Shown here: positions 17,072-27,137 of the stretch, piece by piece
Position numbering within the stretch: position 1 is the first letter of the stretch
How the letters are laid out: each line of letters begins with the position of its first letter
Assembly: GCA_963792585.1 (NCBI GenBank)
Contig: CAWBWI010000003.1
Coordinates: forward strand, 928,001-992,000
DNA: 64,000 bases
Reading direction: 5' to 3'
From: Candidatus Eiseniibacteriota bacterium
GTDB lineage: Bacteria; Eisenbacteria; RBG-16-71-46; CAIMUX01; VGJL01
Made by a program: the position numbers and the translations under genes
The notes under the pieces: model-generated
Seen by the model: only the letters and a program-made list of their open reading frames with translations
Told to the model about the DNA's origin: nothing
Database searches by the model: none

Positions 17072-20000
17072 GGCGCTCGCCTTTCCGTTTCGAGCCCCTC
17101 CTTGGGCGTCCTGCGCGTCGGGTTGTACATTTCGTCCACGCGGCAGAGGGCGCGAAATTCACAGCTATCGCACGGCGTTCTCCCCGCCGTCTCCGAGGGG
17201 GCGACGTCGATCCGTCCCGCGAGGATCGCGCGAGCGTAGAGAGCGAGCGTGTCGCGGGCCCCGTCGAGCAGAACGCGGAGTTCCCCGCGCGTCGCGAGCG
17301 GCGGGCGGGAGCCGCGGATCAGTTTCAGCTCGCCGGCGATCCGACCCCAGTCCTCCGTCGGGACGAGACCCGCGAGCCGGATGTCGAGCGGATTGCTCGC
17401 GTCGGCGGATGCCTTGGTTGCCGGCCGCGGTAGGACGGGCGCGTAGAGGGCGCCGAAGGGGCGCATCCCGAAGATCTCCTCGACGACGAGAAGATAGACG
17501 GCGAGCTGCAGATCGGATCCGCGCGCCACGTCCACGGGGCGCCCCTTCTGGGCGACCGAGCCCGACTTGTAGTCGATCACGAGCGCTTCGAGGTGGGGCT
17601 CCTTGCCGAATACGTCGATCCGGTCGATCCGGCCCCGCAAGAGCAGTTCGGCGCCGTCCCCGAGCGAGATTCGCAACGGCGGCGTCTCGGCTGTGCCGAA
17701 GGCCTTCTCGAACGAGTCCGGGCGAAACTCGGAGGCGCCAAGACGCCGGGCCTCGATCTCGACGAAGCGGGCGAGCTGTCCGCGCGCGGCATCCCAGCGC
17801 AGGCGTCCTCCCGGAGTCACGCTGAAGACCCGCAGATTCGGATCGTCCTCGATCGACTCGAAGACCTTCTTGAGGCGCCGGGCGATCTCCTTGCGATCGT
17901 CCGGGGGAGGTCCCTGTTCCAGGAGGACCTCGAGGGCCCTGTGCGTCAGAAGCCCGCCCTCGAGCGGCGTGACTTCCGCCTCGGGGCGGCGCTGGAGTCG
18001 CAGCATGGAACGTGCAAAGTGCTGGTATGGGCAGCGCGCGAAGGACTCGAGGCGGCTAACGCTCGCCTCCAGCCGCCGATCGCGAATTGCCAGTCGCACG
18101 ATCTCCGGCGGCAGGGTTGGGTGGTTGTCGTATCCCCAAAGCCGACTCGTCTCGCGCAGAAACCTCGGCGCCGCTTCGGTCAGGCCGGGTGGGGGTAGGA
18201 CGAGTCGGTTGTACACCGTGAGGATGCGCCGATCGTCCGGGGTGGCGCGCTCCGGGTCCGGCTCGCGGCCGCGTCCCGACGTGCGGCGATCGAGGCGGGA
18301 GGCGATGTAGGCGCCCACGCGGGCCGCCAGTTCCTCCGCGGTTTGCGCTTCGCGCAGGTCGGCCGGATCCTCCTCGATTGGCGGCGGCTGCTCTTCGAGT
18401 CCGGGGAGGGCGGCGCGGATTTCTTCGAGGAAGGGCGAGGGGTCGAGCGAAGACCCTTCGAGGTCGGTTGTGGGACGCGTGAGGACGAGTCGCTCGGAGG
18501 CGCGCGTGATCGCGATGTAGAGGAAGTACCCTTCCGCCTCCTGGCGCAACGGATCGGAAGGCCCCAGGTCGAGGCCGAGCCGCGTGAGTTCCGCGCGCTC
18601 GCGGTCGTTGAAGAAGCGCTCGGAGGCGACCGGACGGGGGAAATCGCGGGCGGAGAGTCCGCCCACGATCGCGCGGCGCACTTCCCCGAGTCGGGAGCGC
18701 TGCACCTCCGCCAGCGTGACGGTGTCCAGGCGTGTGGGCGTGCGACCGAGCTGGAGCGAGCCGAGCCCCGCGGCGAGCATGCGCGCGAACTCCTCGGGTG
18801 GGAGAGGGCCCGCCGCGATCTCCGCGGCGATCTGATCCAGGACATGCTCCACGGCCTCGACCTCGCGCCGGTGATCCGTGTCTTCGGACCGTGTTTCGAT
18901 CCCGGTCGAGGCGATCCAGGCGCGCAAATCACCCACGGCCGCGAGGCCGCTCAGGCCCGTCCTTCGGAGACGCCCCTCGAGACGCCGGAGCGGTTCGAGG
19001 TACTCACGGCGCAGGCGGTTGCTGATCGACGTGCGGATTTCTTCGCGCGCATCGACGTCGAGGCCGGAGGCGCCTTCGGACTCCTCTTCCTCGGCCGCTT
19101 CCGCCTCGGGGAAATCGGTCGTCGACGTTTCCTCGGGTCGGTCTCCGCTGCTGCGGGTGAATCGCGCGCGCGGGGGGCGGCGCAGCGGCCGCCATTCCGC
19201 GCCGGTCCACTGCTCGAAGTCGTAGCCGGTCTCGAGGGAGAGGTTCTCGAGGATGTCGACTTCGCCGCCACGCGCTCCCAGCAGCGGCGAGCGAAGGAGT
19301 GCGATCACGGATTCCCGTTGCCATCCGCTATTGATGACGTCGAGCGCATCCAGAATCGTCCGAACCATCGGCCGTGAGGAGATGTCCCAATGGCGGTCGA
19401 CGAAGACGGGAATGTGAAAGCGCGCGAATGTCTCTTCGACGATAGGCCGATAGGTCTCGAGGTCGCGAACGATGATCACGATCTCGCCGGGACGGATGGA
19501 ATCTTTGTCGAGTCGGATCCACCGATCGATCCGGCGCGCCCAGATTTCGACCTCGTGGGACGGATCGCGGGCAGCGAGCATCTCGACATCGGGGGAAGGG
19601 GGGAGCCCCGGAGATCCGTCGCCGGCCGCCGCCGTCGTCTTGGGGGTCTTCGGCGCACTCGCTGCGGATTCCCTCCCGGGGCGCTTCAACAGGCCCGCCT
19701 CGATCCGCAGCAAGTCGTCCGACCGGAAGCGTGGGGGCGGGCCCTCGAGCGCCTCGATCCGCGTGGAGAGCCCGGCGGCGTGAATGCGCGCGCGCACTTC
19801 CGCCAGCGTCCGTAGGGGCGCCAGGAAGGCCGGTCGATCGACCCGGCCGGCGAATCCGGTGGGCCACTCGTCGATGCGGCAACGGGGCGGCATGGGGGAG
19901 AGACTCGGGAGCAGGTCGGCCAACTTCGGGTCGACGCATATGGCGATCGTCAGAAAGGCGCCGGCCTGGCCGATCGCCGCGAGGATCTCGGTTTCCATGC

Positions 20001-20664
20001 GGGTGAAGCTCAGAAAGCCGTCGACGATGATCGGTCGATCGCGGAAGAGCTCCGGACGCGCGGCGATTCGCGCGGGCGCGTCGAGAAGGAGCAACTCGGG
20101 ATCGCGCAGCCCGCGGGCGGCGAGCGCTTCGTCGTAGGCCCGCCGAAGGCCCGCCAGCGTCGCGAGCTTTGCGCGCAGATCCTTCGAGACGTCGGTTCGG
20201 GTCCCCAGGCTGGCGAACCAATCGCCCGCCTTAGGCCCCGATTCGGCCCGGATCTCCTGCAGGACGCGCACCAGACTCTCGATGAACCCCGGTCGGTCGG
20301 CCACCGCCTCGAAGGGCCGGCGCAGCGAGGGGTCGAGGCGCCCGAAGAGTGCCCGCAGGAGGATCCGTCGCCCCGATCGATCGAGGGTGTGGGAGCGGGC
20401 CGCCGAGACGGGATCCTCGAGGAGGAGGGCCAGCCGTCGGAAGGAGACCACGCGGACGTGCCGGATGGCCTCGGGTCCCGGCGGCTCGAGGAGTTGGCGG
20501 TCCGCGAGATAGGTCGACTGCTCGGGGACGAGGTAGAAGGCGCTCTCCCCGACCGCTTCGGAAACGCGAAGTCGATCGATCGAGATGGCCGTCTTCCCCG
20601 ACCCGGCGGGGCCGAGCAGAAAGACGACCTCGCGGGTGCGTTCGTCCTGCGCGTCCGGGATCAT
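17068..20664 (-). CDS. addB: AddB-type helicase/nuclease subunit
   Basis: GPAGSGKT, LVPEQ; SVSRLE..ARCPY, GRIDRID, IDYKSG, LQLAVY, C-terminal CDSCEFRALC (Fe-S); 4-bp overlap with addA; start taken at ATG 20664. Confidence 0.9.
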   Translation of the reverse strand: MIPDAQDERTREVVFLLGPAGSGKTAISIDRLRVSEAVGESAFYLVPEQSTYLADRQLLEPPGPEAIRHVRVVSFRRLALLLEDPVSAARSHTLDRSGRRILLRALFGRLDPSLRRPFEAVADRPGFIESLVRVLQEIRAESGPKAGDWFASLGTRTDVSKDLRAKLATLAGLRRAYDEALAARGLRDPELLLLDAPARIAARPELFRDRPIIVDGFLSFTRMETEILAAIGQAGAFLTIAICVDPKLADLLPSLSPMPPRCRIDEWPTGFAGRVDRPAFLAPLRTLAEVRARIHAAGLSTRIEALEGPPPRFRSDDLLRIEAGLLKRPGRESAASAPKTPKTTAAAGDGSPGLPPSPDVEMLAARDPSHEVEIWARRIDRWIRLDKDSIRPGEIVIIVRDLETYRPIVEETFARFHIPVFVDRHWDISSRPMVRTILDALDVINSGWQRESVIALLRSPLLGARGGEVDILENLSLETGYDFEQWTGAEWRPLRRPPRARFTRSSGDRPEETSTTDFPEAEAAEEEESEGASGLDVDAREEIRTSISNRLRREYLEPLRRLEGRLRRTGLSGLAAVGDLRAWIASTGIETRSEDTDHRREVEAVEHVLDQIAAEIAAGPLPPEEFARMLAAGLGSLQLGRTPTRLDTVTLAEVQRSRLGEVRRAIVGGLSARDFPRPVASERFFNDRERAELTRLGLDLGPSDPLRQEAEGYFLYIAITRASERLVLTRPTTDLEGSSLDPSPFLEEIRAALPGLEEQPPPIEEDPADLREAQTAEELAARVGAYIASRLDRRTSGRGREPDPERATPDDRRILTVYNRLVLPPPGLTEAAPRFLRETSRLWGYDNHPTLPPEIVRLAIRDRRLEASVSRLESFARCPYQHFARSMLRLQRRPEAEVTPLEGGLLTHRALEVLLEQGPPPDDRKEIARRLKKVFESIEDDPNLRVFSVTPGGRLRWDAARGQLARFVEIEARRLGASEFRPDSFEKAFGTAETPPLRISLGDGAELLLRGRIDRIDVFGKEPHLEALVIDYKSGSVAQKGRPVDVARGSDLQLAVYLLVVEEIFGMRPFGALYAPVLPRPATKASADASNPLDIRLAGLVPTEDWGRIAGELKLIRGSRPPLATRGELRVLLDGARDTLALYARAILAGRIDVAPSETAGRTPCDSCEFRALCRVDEMYNPTRRTPKEGLETERRAP

Positions 20665-20767
20665 CGGGTATTCGCCCTCATGACGCGCGGAGTCTACGCG
20701 GCGCGTGCCCCTGAGGAAAGGCGCCTGCGGGGATCGCGCCGTGGGCCGGCCGGACTCGCCGGCGGCT

Positions 20768-20802
20768 CGCAGATCCACCCGCAGATCCACCCGCAGATCC
20801 AC
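20768..20802. repeat. 12-bp tandem repeat, ~3 copies (CGCAGATCCACC)
   Basis: cgcagatccacc cgcagatccacc cgcagatccac in the addB/fpr divergent intergenic region. Confidence 0.9.
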
Positions 20803-20906
20803 GACGGTCGCCCTCGATTCCCTCTGCGCGACGGCCCGGGTCCGCTTGACGCCTCAGCCACGGCACGCCAGGATCAGGCCGTTCGCGCCCGGCCGGGAGG
20901 GAATCG

Positions 20907-21716
20907 ATGGCGGTCCTGGAGTACAACGCGACCTTGATCCAGCGCGTCGAAATCGCGCCGGGCCTCGTGATCCTTCGAATCGTCCCCGATCTCCTGCCGT
21001 TTCACTTCGAGGCGGGGCAGTACACGGTCCTCGGCATGAAGCAGGGCGAACCCCGGATCGCCAACGCCGAGATCGAGGATACGCCCCTCGAGCCAGAGAG
21101 GATGATCCGGCGAGCCTACTCGATCGCCTCCTCGAGCAAAGCGGACGAGTACGTCGAGTTTTATATCACCATGATGGCCAGCGGAGAGCTCACGCCGCGT
21201 CTCCTCAATCTGGCTGTGCGGGACCGGCTCTGGATGGGACCGAAGGCGACGGGGCTCTTCACCCTCGATCGCGTTCCGCCGGACAGACACGTCCTGTTGG
21301 TGGGAACCGGGACGGGGCTCGCGCCCTACATGAGCATGCTCCGCTCCGAGTTGGTATGCGGGGGGCCGCGCCGGTTCATCGTTCTGCACGGGGCGCGCTT
21401 TTCGTGGGACCTCGGGTACCGGACGGAGCTGACGACCCTATCGCGCCTCTGTTCGAACATGACCTATCTTCCCGTGATCTCCCGGCCGCAGGAGGACCCG
21501 ACGTGGAGAGGTCTGGGAGGCTATTTGCAGGACGTCCTCGTTTCGGACGTGATCCCGGAGAGGACGGGACTCGCGGTCACTCCGGGGAATTTCCACGTCT
21601 TTCTCTGCGGGAATCCGGCGATGATCGATGAAGCGACCGCGAGGATGAGCGCCCGCGGCTTCGTCCCCGACAAAGGGCGCGTGAGCGGAAGTCTCCACAC
21701 GGAAGTCTACTGGTAG
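20907..21716 (+). CDS. fpr: Ferredoxin--NADP+ reductase
   Basis: FEAGQY, RAYSIAS, GELTP, GTGTGLAPY, FLCGNPAMI, terminal EVYW. Confidence 0.9.
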   Translation: MAVLEYNATLIQRVEIAPGLVILRIVPDLLPFHFEAGQYTVLGMKQGEPRIANAEIEDTPLEPERMIRRAYSIASSSKADEYVEFYITMMASGELTPRLLNLAVRDRLWMGPKATGLFTLDRVPPDRHVLLVGTGTGLAPYMSMLRSELVCGGPRRFIVLHGARFSWDLGYRTELTTLSRLCSNMTYLPVISRPQEDPTWRGLGGYLQDVLVSDVIPERTGLAVTPGNFHVFLCGNPAMIDEATARMSARGFVPDKGRVSGSLHTEVYW

Positions 21717-21726
21717 GAGGGGCCGC

Positions 21727-22782
21727 ATGCGGATGAGGGTGATTCTGATCTTGTTGACGGGCCTTGTTCTGTCGACGCGGGCGGGCGCCGACGCAGTTGT
21801 CTTCAGGCCGGCGGCGGAACCGCGCGAGAACGCCTTCACCGTGCTGGTTCCCGACGGCTGGCGCAGCGAAGGAGGCATCTTCCGTGTCGATCCGAACGCC
21901 GCGGGCGGGGCGCTCCAATCGATCGCTGCGAAGTGCGATTTCGCGATCAAGAGCGACGATGCCGGGACCGTCATGCTGCGCTGGTTGCCCGACATGCTCT
22001 ACTTCGACTCCCGCGGGACGCCGATCGGACAGACCGGGCTCTTCCCGCCGGGGAGCAACTACAACGGCGCGACCGTCATGCCGCTCGTCTTGCCCGCGCA
22101 ATTCCTGGCCGGGGTCGCCTTTCCGTACGCTCACCCGTGCGCCGGCGAGGTCCAGATCGTCGATCAAAAGTCCCTCCCGAGTCTGGCGGGGAAGTACCGG
22201 CAGTGGGCCTCGATCGCCATGGCCGGGATGACTTTCGGCTACGAGGCGGCCATGGCAACGGTCACGTATACCGAGGGAGGGACCGCGTACAAGGAGCGGA
22301 TGCTCTGCGTCATCGAGAACTGGGGGCAGATGGGCGCCGGACTCTGGGGGAACAAGGAGACGCTCTTCTTCCGCGCCCCCGCGGCCGAGTTCGACCGGTG
22401 GGTTCCGTACTTGCACGTCATCCAGAACTCCGTGCGGATCAGCCCGGAATGGATGGAGGGGGAGATTCGGGGACAGATCCAGCGTGGCGAGATCGCGCGC
22501 CAGACGCAGCAGGAGATCGCGCGCATCGATCGGGAGATCGTGGAGCACCGCAGAAGCACCAACGCCGAAATCAACAACGACATGTTTCTCACCCTCACGG
22601 GGCAAGAGGATTTCGTCAACCCGTTCACCAACGAAGTCGAGAGAGACACCGGCGAGTGGAAGTACCGGTGGACCGACGCGAGTGGCGTGCGGATCTTCTC
22701 GAACGAGGAGCGTTACGACCCGAACCACGATATCGAGCTCAACAAGACGGGATTCAAGCGGACCCCCGTCCGGGAACGGTAG
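21727..22782 (+). CDS. Secreted hypothetical protein
   Basis: GGAGG SD, signal peptide; co-oriented between fpr and xth. Confidence 0.8.
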   Translation: MRMRVILILLTGLVLSTRAGADAVVFRPAAEPRENAFTVLVPDGWRSEGGIFRVDPNAAGGALQSIAAKCDFAIKSDDAGTVMLRWLPDMLYFDSRGTPIGQTGLFPPGSNYNGATVMPLVLPAQFLAGVAFPYAHPCAGEVQIVDQKSLPSLAGKYRQWASIAMAGMTFGYEAAMATVTYTEGGTAYKERMLCVIENWGQMGAGLWGNKETLFFRAPAAEFDRWVPYLHVIQNSVRISPEWMEGEIRGQIQRGEIARQTQQEIARIDREIVEHRRSTNAEINNDMFLTLTGQEDFVNPFTNEVERDTGEWKYRWTDASGVRIFSNEERYDPNHDIELNKTGFKRTPVRER

Positions 22783-22790
22783 AGAAGGCG

Positions 22791-23570
22791 ATGACACAGT
22801 CCTGGATTCTCGCGACCTGGAACGTCAACTCGGTCAAGATGAGGGCCGATGCGGTCACGGCATGGCTCGAGGAACGAAAGCCCGGCATGCTCGCGTTGCA
22901 GGAAATCAAGCTGACCGAGGAGACATTCCCCGCGGCGGCCTTCGCTGGAGCCGGCTACGGCGCCGCGGTCCACGGGCAGAAGACCTACAACGGTGTGGCG
23001 CTCCTCTCTCCCGACGCGGTCGAGGAGGTCTCGAAGGGCCTGCCCGAGATGGAGGAGGATCCGCAGGCGCGGCTGATCAAGGCGCGCCGCGGGGATGTCA
23101 CCGTCATCAATGTGTACGTTCCGAACGGTTCGGAGGTGGGCTCCGACAAGTACGCATACAAGCTGCGGTGGCTCGATGCGCTCGCGCGCCATCTGGAGGC
23201 GCGGCATCGCCCGGACGAGCCGCTCGCTGTCGTCGGCGATTTCAACGTGGCCCCGGAGGCGCGTGACATCTACGACCCCGTGGCGTTCAAGGACCAGGTC
23301 CTCTTCAGCGAGCCCGAGCGGGCCGCCCTCGGGCGCCTGACGGACTGGGGGCTCGTCGACCTGTTTCGTCGCTTCCACGAAGAGGCGGGACTCTATTCCT
23401 GGTGGGACTACCGCGCCGCGGCCTTCCGCAGGAAGATGGGAGCGCGGATCGATCTGATCCTCGCCACCCGGCCCCTCGCGGACCGTGCTCTGCGTTGCGA
23501 GATCGACATCGAGCCCCGCCGTCGCGAGAAACCCTCCGACCATACCCCCGTCTGGGCCGAGTTCTCCTAG
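22791..23570 (+). CDS. xth: Exodeoxyribonuclease III
   Basis: ATWNVNS, LQEIK, YNGVA, NVYVPNG, GDFNVAP, WWDYR, RIDLIL, SDHTPV. Confidence 0.95.
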   Translation: MTQSWILATWNVNSVKMRADAVTAWLEERKPGMLALQEIKLTEETFPAAAFAGAGYGAAVHGQKTYNGVALLSPDAVEEVSKGLPEMEEDPQARLIKARRGDVTVINVYVPNGSEVGSDKYAYKLRWLDALARHLEARHRPDEPLAVVGDFNVAPEARDIYDPVAFKDQVLFSEPERAALGRLTDWGLVDLFRRFHEEAGLYSWWDYRAAAFRRKMGARIDLILATRPLADRALRCEIDIEPRRREKPSDHTPVWAEFS

Positions 23571-23642
23571 CCGGGTTCCCCCAGGTTGCGACCTTCCCGC
23601 CGGCCCGCTACAGTCAGTGCGGGTTCGGTAAAGGAGGTTGTG

Positions 23643-24299
23643 ATGCCAAGAGCCGTCCCGCTCGTCGCGTCCGTTCTCGCGGGTTGCCTCGCCATCGGAA
23701 CCGCGTGGGCGGGCTCCAATCGCGACGGGGCGTTGATCGTCCACGCAGATCCTCTGATCGTCTACTCTTCCGGGCGCGATTTCTGCGTGAGCGAGTACCG
23801 CGGGCCGAGCACCTGCGGAAACGCTCGGACCGAAGTCGACGGGTTTCTCACGGATGCGATCCTCGTCTGGTTCATCGCGGCCTTCCCGAGGAATGCGCAT
23901 CCGGCCATCAATGCCGTTCAATTCGGGATCAGCTCGACCCTGCCGAACGGGGCGGTCGTCGCGCACGGGCCGTGCGGCTCGAGCCTCCTCGAGCTGGCCA
24001 CGGGGGATTCCCCAGACTACGGCTGGGGGACGCTGGTCAGCTTCTCGACCATCAACGACACCTTTTCACCGATCTACTGGTTTGCGATCGAGGGGACCGG
24101 CGGGAGCACATTCGGATCGGCGAAATATCCCGGGGATGATCGCGCGGTCTTCGTCGACGACGGCAACCCGCCTGCGGAAGACGATATCACCCGCTTCGGC
24201 AGCGTCGGGTGGGGAACGAGCGGCGGCAATGACTGCCCGCCCGACGCATATGAGATCCGTCCATCGACCTGGGGAAAGGTCAAGGGCGGGTACCGATAG
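23643..24299 (+). CDS. Secreted Cys-containing hypothetical protein with C-terminal PSTWGKVKGGYR tail
   Basis: AAGGAGG SD; signal peptide ending AWA; basic Trp-Gly tail. Confidence 0.8.
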   Translation: MPRAVPLVASVLAGCLAIGTAWAGSNRDGALIVHADPLIVYSSGRDFCVSEYRGPSTCGNARTEVDGFLTDAILVWFIAAFPRNAHPAINAVQFGISSTLPNGAVVAHGPCGSSLLELATGDSPDYGWGTLVSFSTINDTFSPIYWFAIEGTGGSTFGSAKYPGDDRAVFVDDGNPPAEDDITRFGSVGWGTSGGNDCPPDAYEIRPSTWGKVKGGYR

Positions 24300-24357
24300 G
24301 ATCGAGGTCCTTCGACCGGGGCGCGGCGCGTAACGGGCGCCGCAAGGGGAGGTGTGG

Positions 24358-25824
24358 ATGAAGGCGCTGTTCGATCTCGTTTCCTGGTTGCCCGCGGTCA
24401 TGATCCTGGTCTACGTCATGATGGACGTGTTCCGGGAGAACCCGGATGTGAGCCACTCCCGCGGGTTCAAGCTCCGCCGCATCGTCAACTGGGTCCCGCT
24501 GGGACTCGCCTACGCCTTCCTCTACATGGGCCGCTACAATCTCACGGTCTCGAAGAATGCCCTCGGCAATCTCATGACGAAAGAGGACTTCGGGATCATC
24601 TTCGCCGTCGGGACGGTCACCTACGCCCTGGCCTTCCTGCTGAACGGCCCGTTGACGGATCGGATCGGGGGAAAACGCGCGATCCTGATCTCCGCGTTCG
24701 GCGCGGCGATCGCGAACCTCGCGATGGGGTTGGTCCTGCGCGGCATTCTCGTCTCCCACTGGTCGGTCGGGCTGACCTTCATCTTCTGCGTCCTCTACGC
24801 GCTCAACATGTACTTCCAGAGCTTTGGCGCGGTGGCGATCGTGAAGGTCAACGCCGGGTGGTTCCACGTCCGCGAACGCGGGGTCTTCGGGGGGATCTTC
24901 GGAATCCTGATCTCGTTGGGGATCTTCTTTGCATTCGACTGGGGCGTGGCCATCATCAACGCGACCAAGACGGTCGCCGACGTCAAGCTCAACTGGGTCC
25001 AGTCGATGATCCGCTCCGCGACCGGCGTCGAGGGATCACCGATCGACCAGACCTGGTGGGTCTTCATCGTACCCGCGGTCATTCTGGTCTTGATCGGACT
25101 CGTGAACCTCGTTCTGCTCAAAGACAACCCGAAGGATGCGGGCTTCAAGGACTTCTATACGGCCGATGCCTCGGCCGGCGAGGACGACAGGCCGTTCACC
25201 CTCGGCGAGATTCTGAGCCGGATCCTGAAGAACCCGATCCTGCTTACGATCGCCTTCATCGAGTTCTGCACCGGCGTCCTGCGCAACGGCGTCATGCACT
25301 GGTACCCGATCTTCCTGAAGGACTACATGAAGTTGCCGAGCGACGCGTTCATGCGCCTGCACTGGGGTCTCATCCTGATGCTGGCGGGCGTCTTCGGTGG
25401 GATGGTCGCGGGGGTCATGTCGGACAAAGTCTTCGGATCGCGTCGGGGGCCGGTCGCTGCGGTTCTCTATGGATTGATGTTCTTCGCGACCCTTCTGATG
25501 ATCTTCACGGTCAAGGGAGACCAGACGCTCCTCGCCATCGCGGTCGTCGCGATGTCCTTCTGCGTGATCGGGACGCACGGAATGCTCTCGGGCACATCCA
25601 CGATGGACTTCGGCGGCAAGCGCGCGGCGGGCACGGCGGTGGGGTTGATCGACGGATTCGTCTATCTCGGCACCGGATTCCAGTCGCTCTCATTGGGCTT
25701 CATCACGACGCGCAACTGGAGCTGGTGGCCGATCTTCCTGATCCCGTTCTCGGTGATCGGATTCTACCTGGCCACGCGGATCTGGAAGGCGATGCCGAAG
25801 CCTCGGGGAGCGGCGGGGCACTGA
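24358..25824 (+). CDS. MFS transporter, GlpT/OPA-like (organophosphate:Pi antiporter family)
   Basis: YMGRYN, NGPLTDRIGGKRA, WFHVRERG, SDKVFGSRRGP, GTAVGLIDGFVYLG. Confidence 0.85.
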   Translation: MKALFDLVSWLPAVMILVYVMMDVFRENPDVSHSRGFKLRRIVNWVPLGLAYAFLYMGRYNLTVSKNALGNLMTKEDFGIIFAVGTVTYALAFLLNGPLTDRIGGKRAILISAFGAAIANLAMGLVLRGILVSHWSVGLTFIFCVLYALNMYFQSFGAVAIVKVNAGWFHVRERGVFGGIFGILISLGIFFAFDWGVAIINATKTVADVKLNWVQSMIRSATGVEGSPIDQTWWVFIVPAVILVLIGLVNLVLLKDNPKDAGFKDFYTADASAGEDDRPFTLGEILSRILKNPILLTIAFIEFCTGVLRNGVMHWYPIFLKDYMKLPSDAFMRLHWGLILMLAGVFGGMVAGVMSDKVFGSRRGPVAAVLYGLMFFATLLMIFTVKGDQTLLAIAVVAMSFCVIGTHGMLSGTSTMDFGGKRAAGTAVGLIDGFVYLGTGFQSLSLGFITTRNWSWWPIFLIPFSVIGFYLATRIWKAMPKPRGAAGH

Positions 25825-25896
25825 GGGGTCGCTCGATCGAAGGGCCGCAGCTTGGATCAAGGGTGAGGAGTCACCCCGTCGACGCGATCGGGAAGG

Positions 25897-26751
25897 CTAT
25901 CCGAGCAGAATCTTGGCCCGGGCGATCTGATCCGTGCAGACCTCGAGGATGGCGTCGGCGCTTTCCGCGGTGAGCGCGAGGCGCTTCCATGCCGGGTGCT
26001 CGGCGATGCTCAATCCTCTGGCCGGTTCCCGACGCCCGACCCCTTCGTGGGTCAGACAGGCCGTCGCAAGCGCGACCGTCAGCGTCAAGTATCCCACCTC
26101 GTCGGTCGGGTCTCCGGCGCCGTCGGGATTGTGGTGGTTCCGGATCACGCCGATCAGATTCGGCGGGAGATTCCACTTCGTCGCGATCAGGGCGCCCAAC
26201 TCCGCATGGTCGAACCCGAACTGATCCCGCTCCGCCTCGATGAAAGAGACCTTCTCGTTGTACACGCGCGCGACGACCTGCTCGTACTCATCCCGGTGGC
26301 TGTTCGCGAGAGCGCTCTTGCCGATGTCGTGCAAGAGGCCCGCGGTGAAAGCCCCGTCCGTGTCGACACGCCGTCCCATGGAGCGGGCGAGGGCCTCGGT
26401 CACCGGACCTGCCAGGGTAGAGTGCGTCCAGAGGAGCTTCTCCATCAGATCGAAGCGGCGGAAGACGCTCTTCAGCGAGATGCCGAGGACGAGATTCCGG
26501 ACGGTTCGGCTTCCGACGAGACCGATCGCCTGGTGCAGGTTCTCGATCCTGCCGGAAAAGCCGTACATGACGGAGTTGGAGACCGTCAGGACCCGTGAGG
26601 CCAGGGACGCGTCCTGCTCGATCAGGGCCCGGAGATCATCGCGAGACGTGTTCGGGTTGTCGACCGCCGACATGACCTGCGCGGCGACCGCTGGAATCGC
26701 CGGGATGTCCTGGCTGGTGGACTCGAGATAGTCTTCGAGACGGGTCTGCAT
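25897..26751 (-). CDS. HDOD domain protein
   Basis: IPAIP, DASLASRVLTVSNS, LWTHS, AGLLHDIGK, HAELG..IATKWNLP, HH. Confidence 0.9.
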   Translation of the reverse strand: MQTRLEDYLESTSQDIPAIPAVAAQVMSAVDNPNTSRDDLRALIEQDASLASRVLTVSNSVMYGFSGRIENLHQAIGLVGSRTVRNLVLGISLKSVFRRFDLMEKLLWTHSTLAGPVTEALARSMGRRVDTDGAFTAGLLHDIGKSALANSHRDEYEQVVARVYNEKVSFIEAERDQFGFDHAELGALIATKWNLPPNLIGVIRNHHNPDGAGDPTDEVGYLTLTVALATACLTHEGVGRREPARGLSIAEHPAWKRLALTAESADAILEVCTDQIARAKILLG

Positions 26752-27137
26752 GGACCGCGTCCTCCCATGATCTTCACGAGCTCAAGGTCGACAGCTGGGG
26801 TGGCCGGATGTACCGAAACCAACGCACGGGCACCGCGGCCGGCGACCCCTCTGTCCCCGATCATCCATCGTCCATTCGGCGCCCGATCCAAAGGGGAATG
26901 TTCCTCGCTGCCCGATGCTATTGGCCGCCCTTCCGCGGTGATGAACCCGGCGCCGTGAACCGAGACCGATGCGGATCGTGCGGCCGCCGCGACAGGCGCG
27001 ACGATCCGGCGATGGCTCTCCCCCCGAATCTGCTATCATCCGTTGTTTCTTTAGAGAATGGCCGCCACAACCCGGCGCCCGATCTTGCGGCGCCGTGACT
27101 GCAGCGATGAACTGCAGCAGGTACGGGAGGTGGGCCA

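Noticed and set aside
13157..17239. 1360-aa plus-strand ORF, and other long antisense or alternate-frame ORFs (e.g. 8180-10330, 40803-42725, 53186-55066)
   Set aside because: Shadow ORFs of well-supported genes in high-GC DNA; Arg/Gly/Pro-rich with no recognisable motifs
20768..20802. Tandem repeat as a mini-CRISPR or as the true AddB N-terminus (DLRV x3)
   Set aside because: No spacers or cas genes; AddB homology begins after ATG 20664
21933..22790. Long N-terminal extensions in the ORF track for xth (also hdrA 40617, mvhD 41390, methyltransferase 57788, mvhG 37588)
   Set aside because: Most overlap upstream genes in another frame; downstream ATGs match the family N-termini
27008..27060. 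GGCGATGG resembling a fluoride riboswitch 5' end
   Set aside because: The downstream pairing and conserved 3' element are absent, and no fluoride-related gene follows
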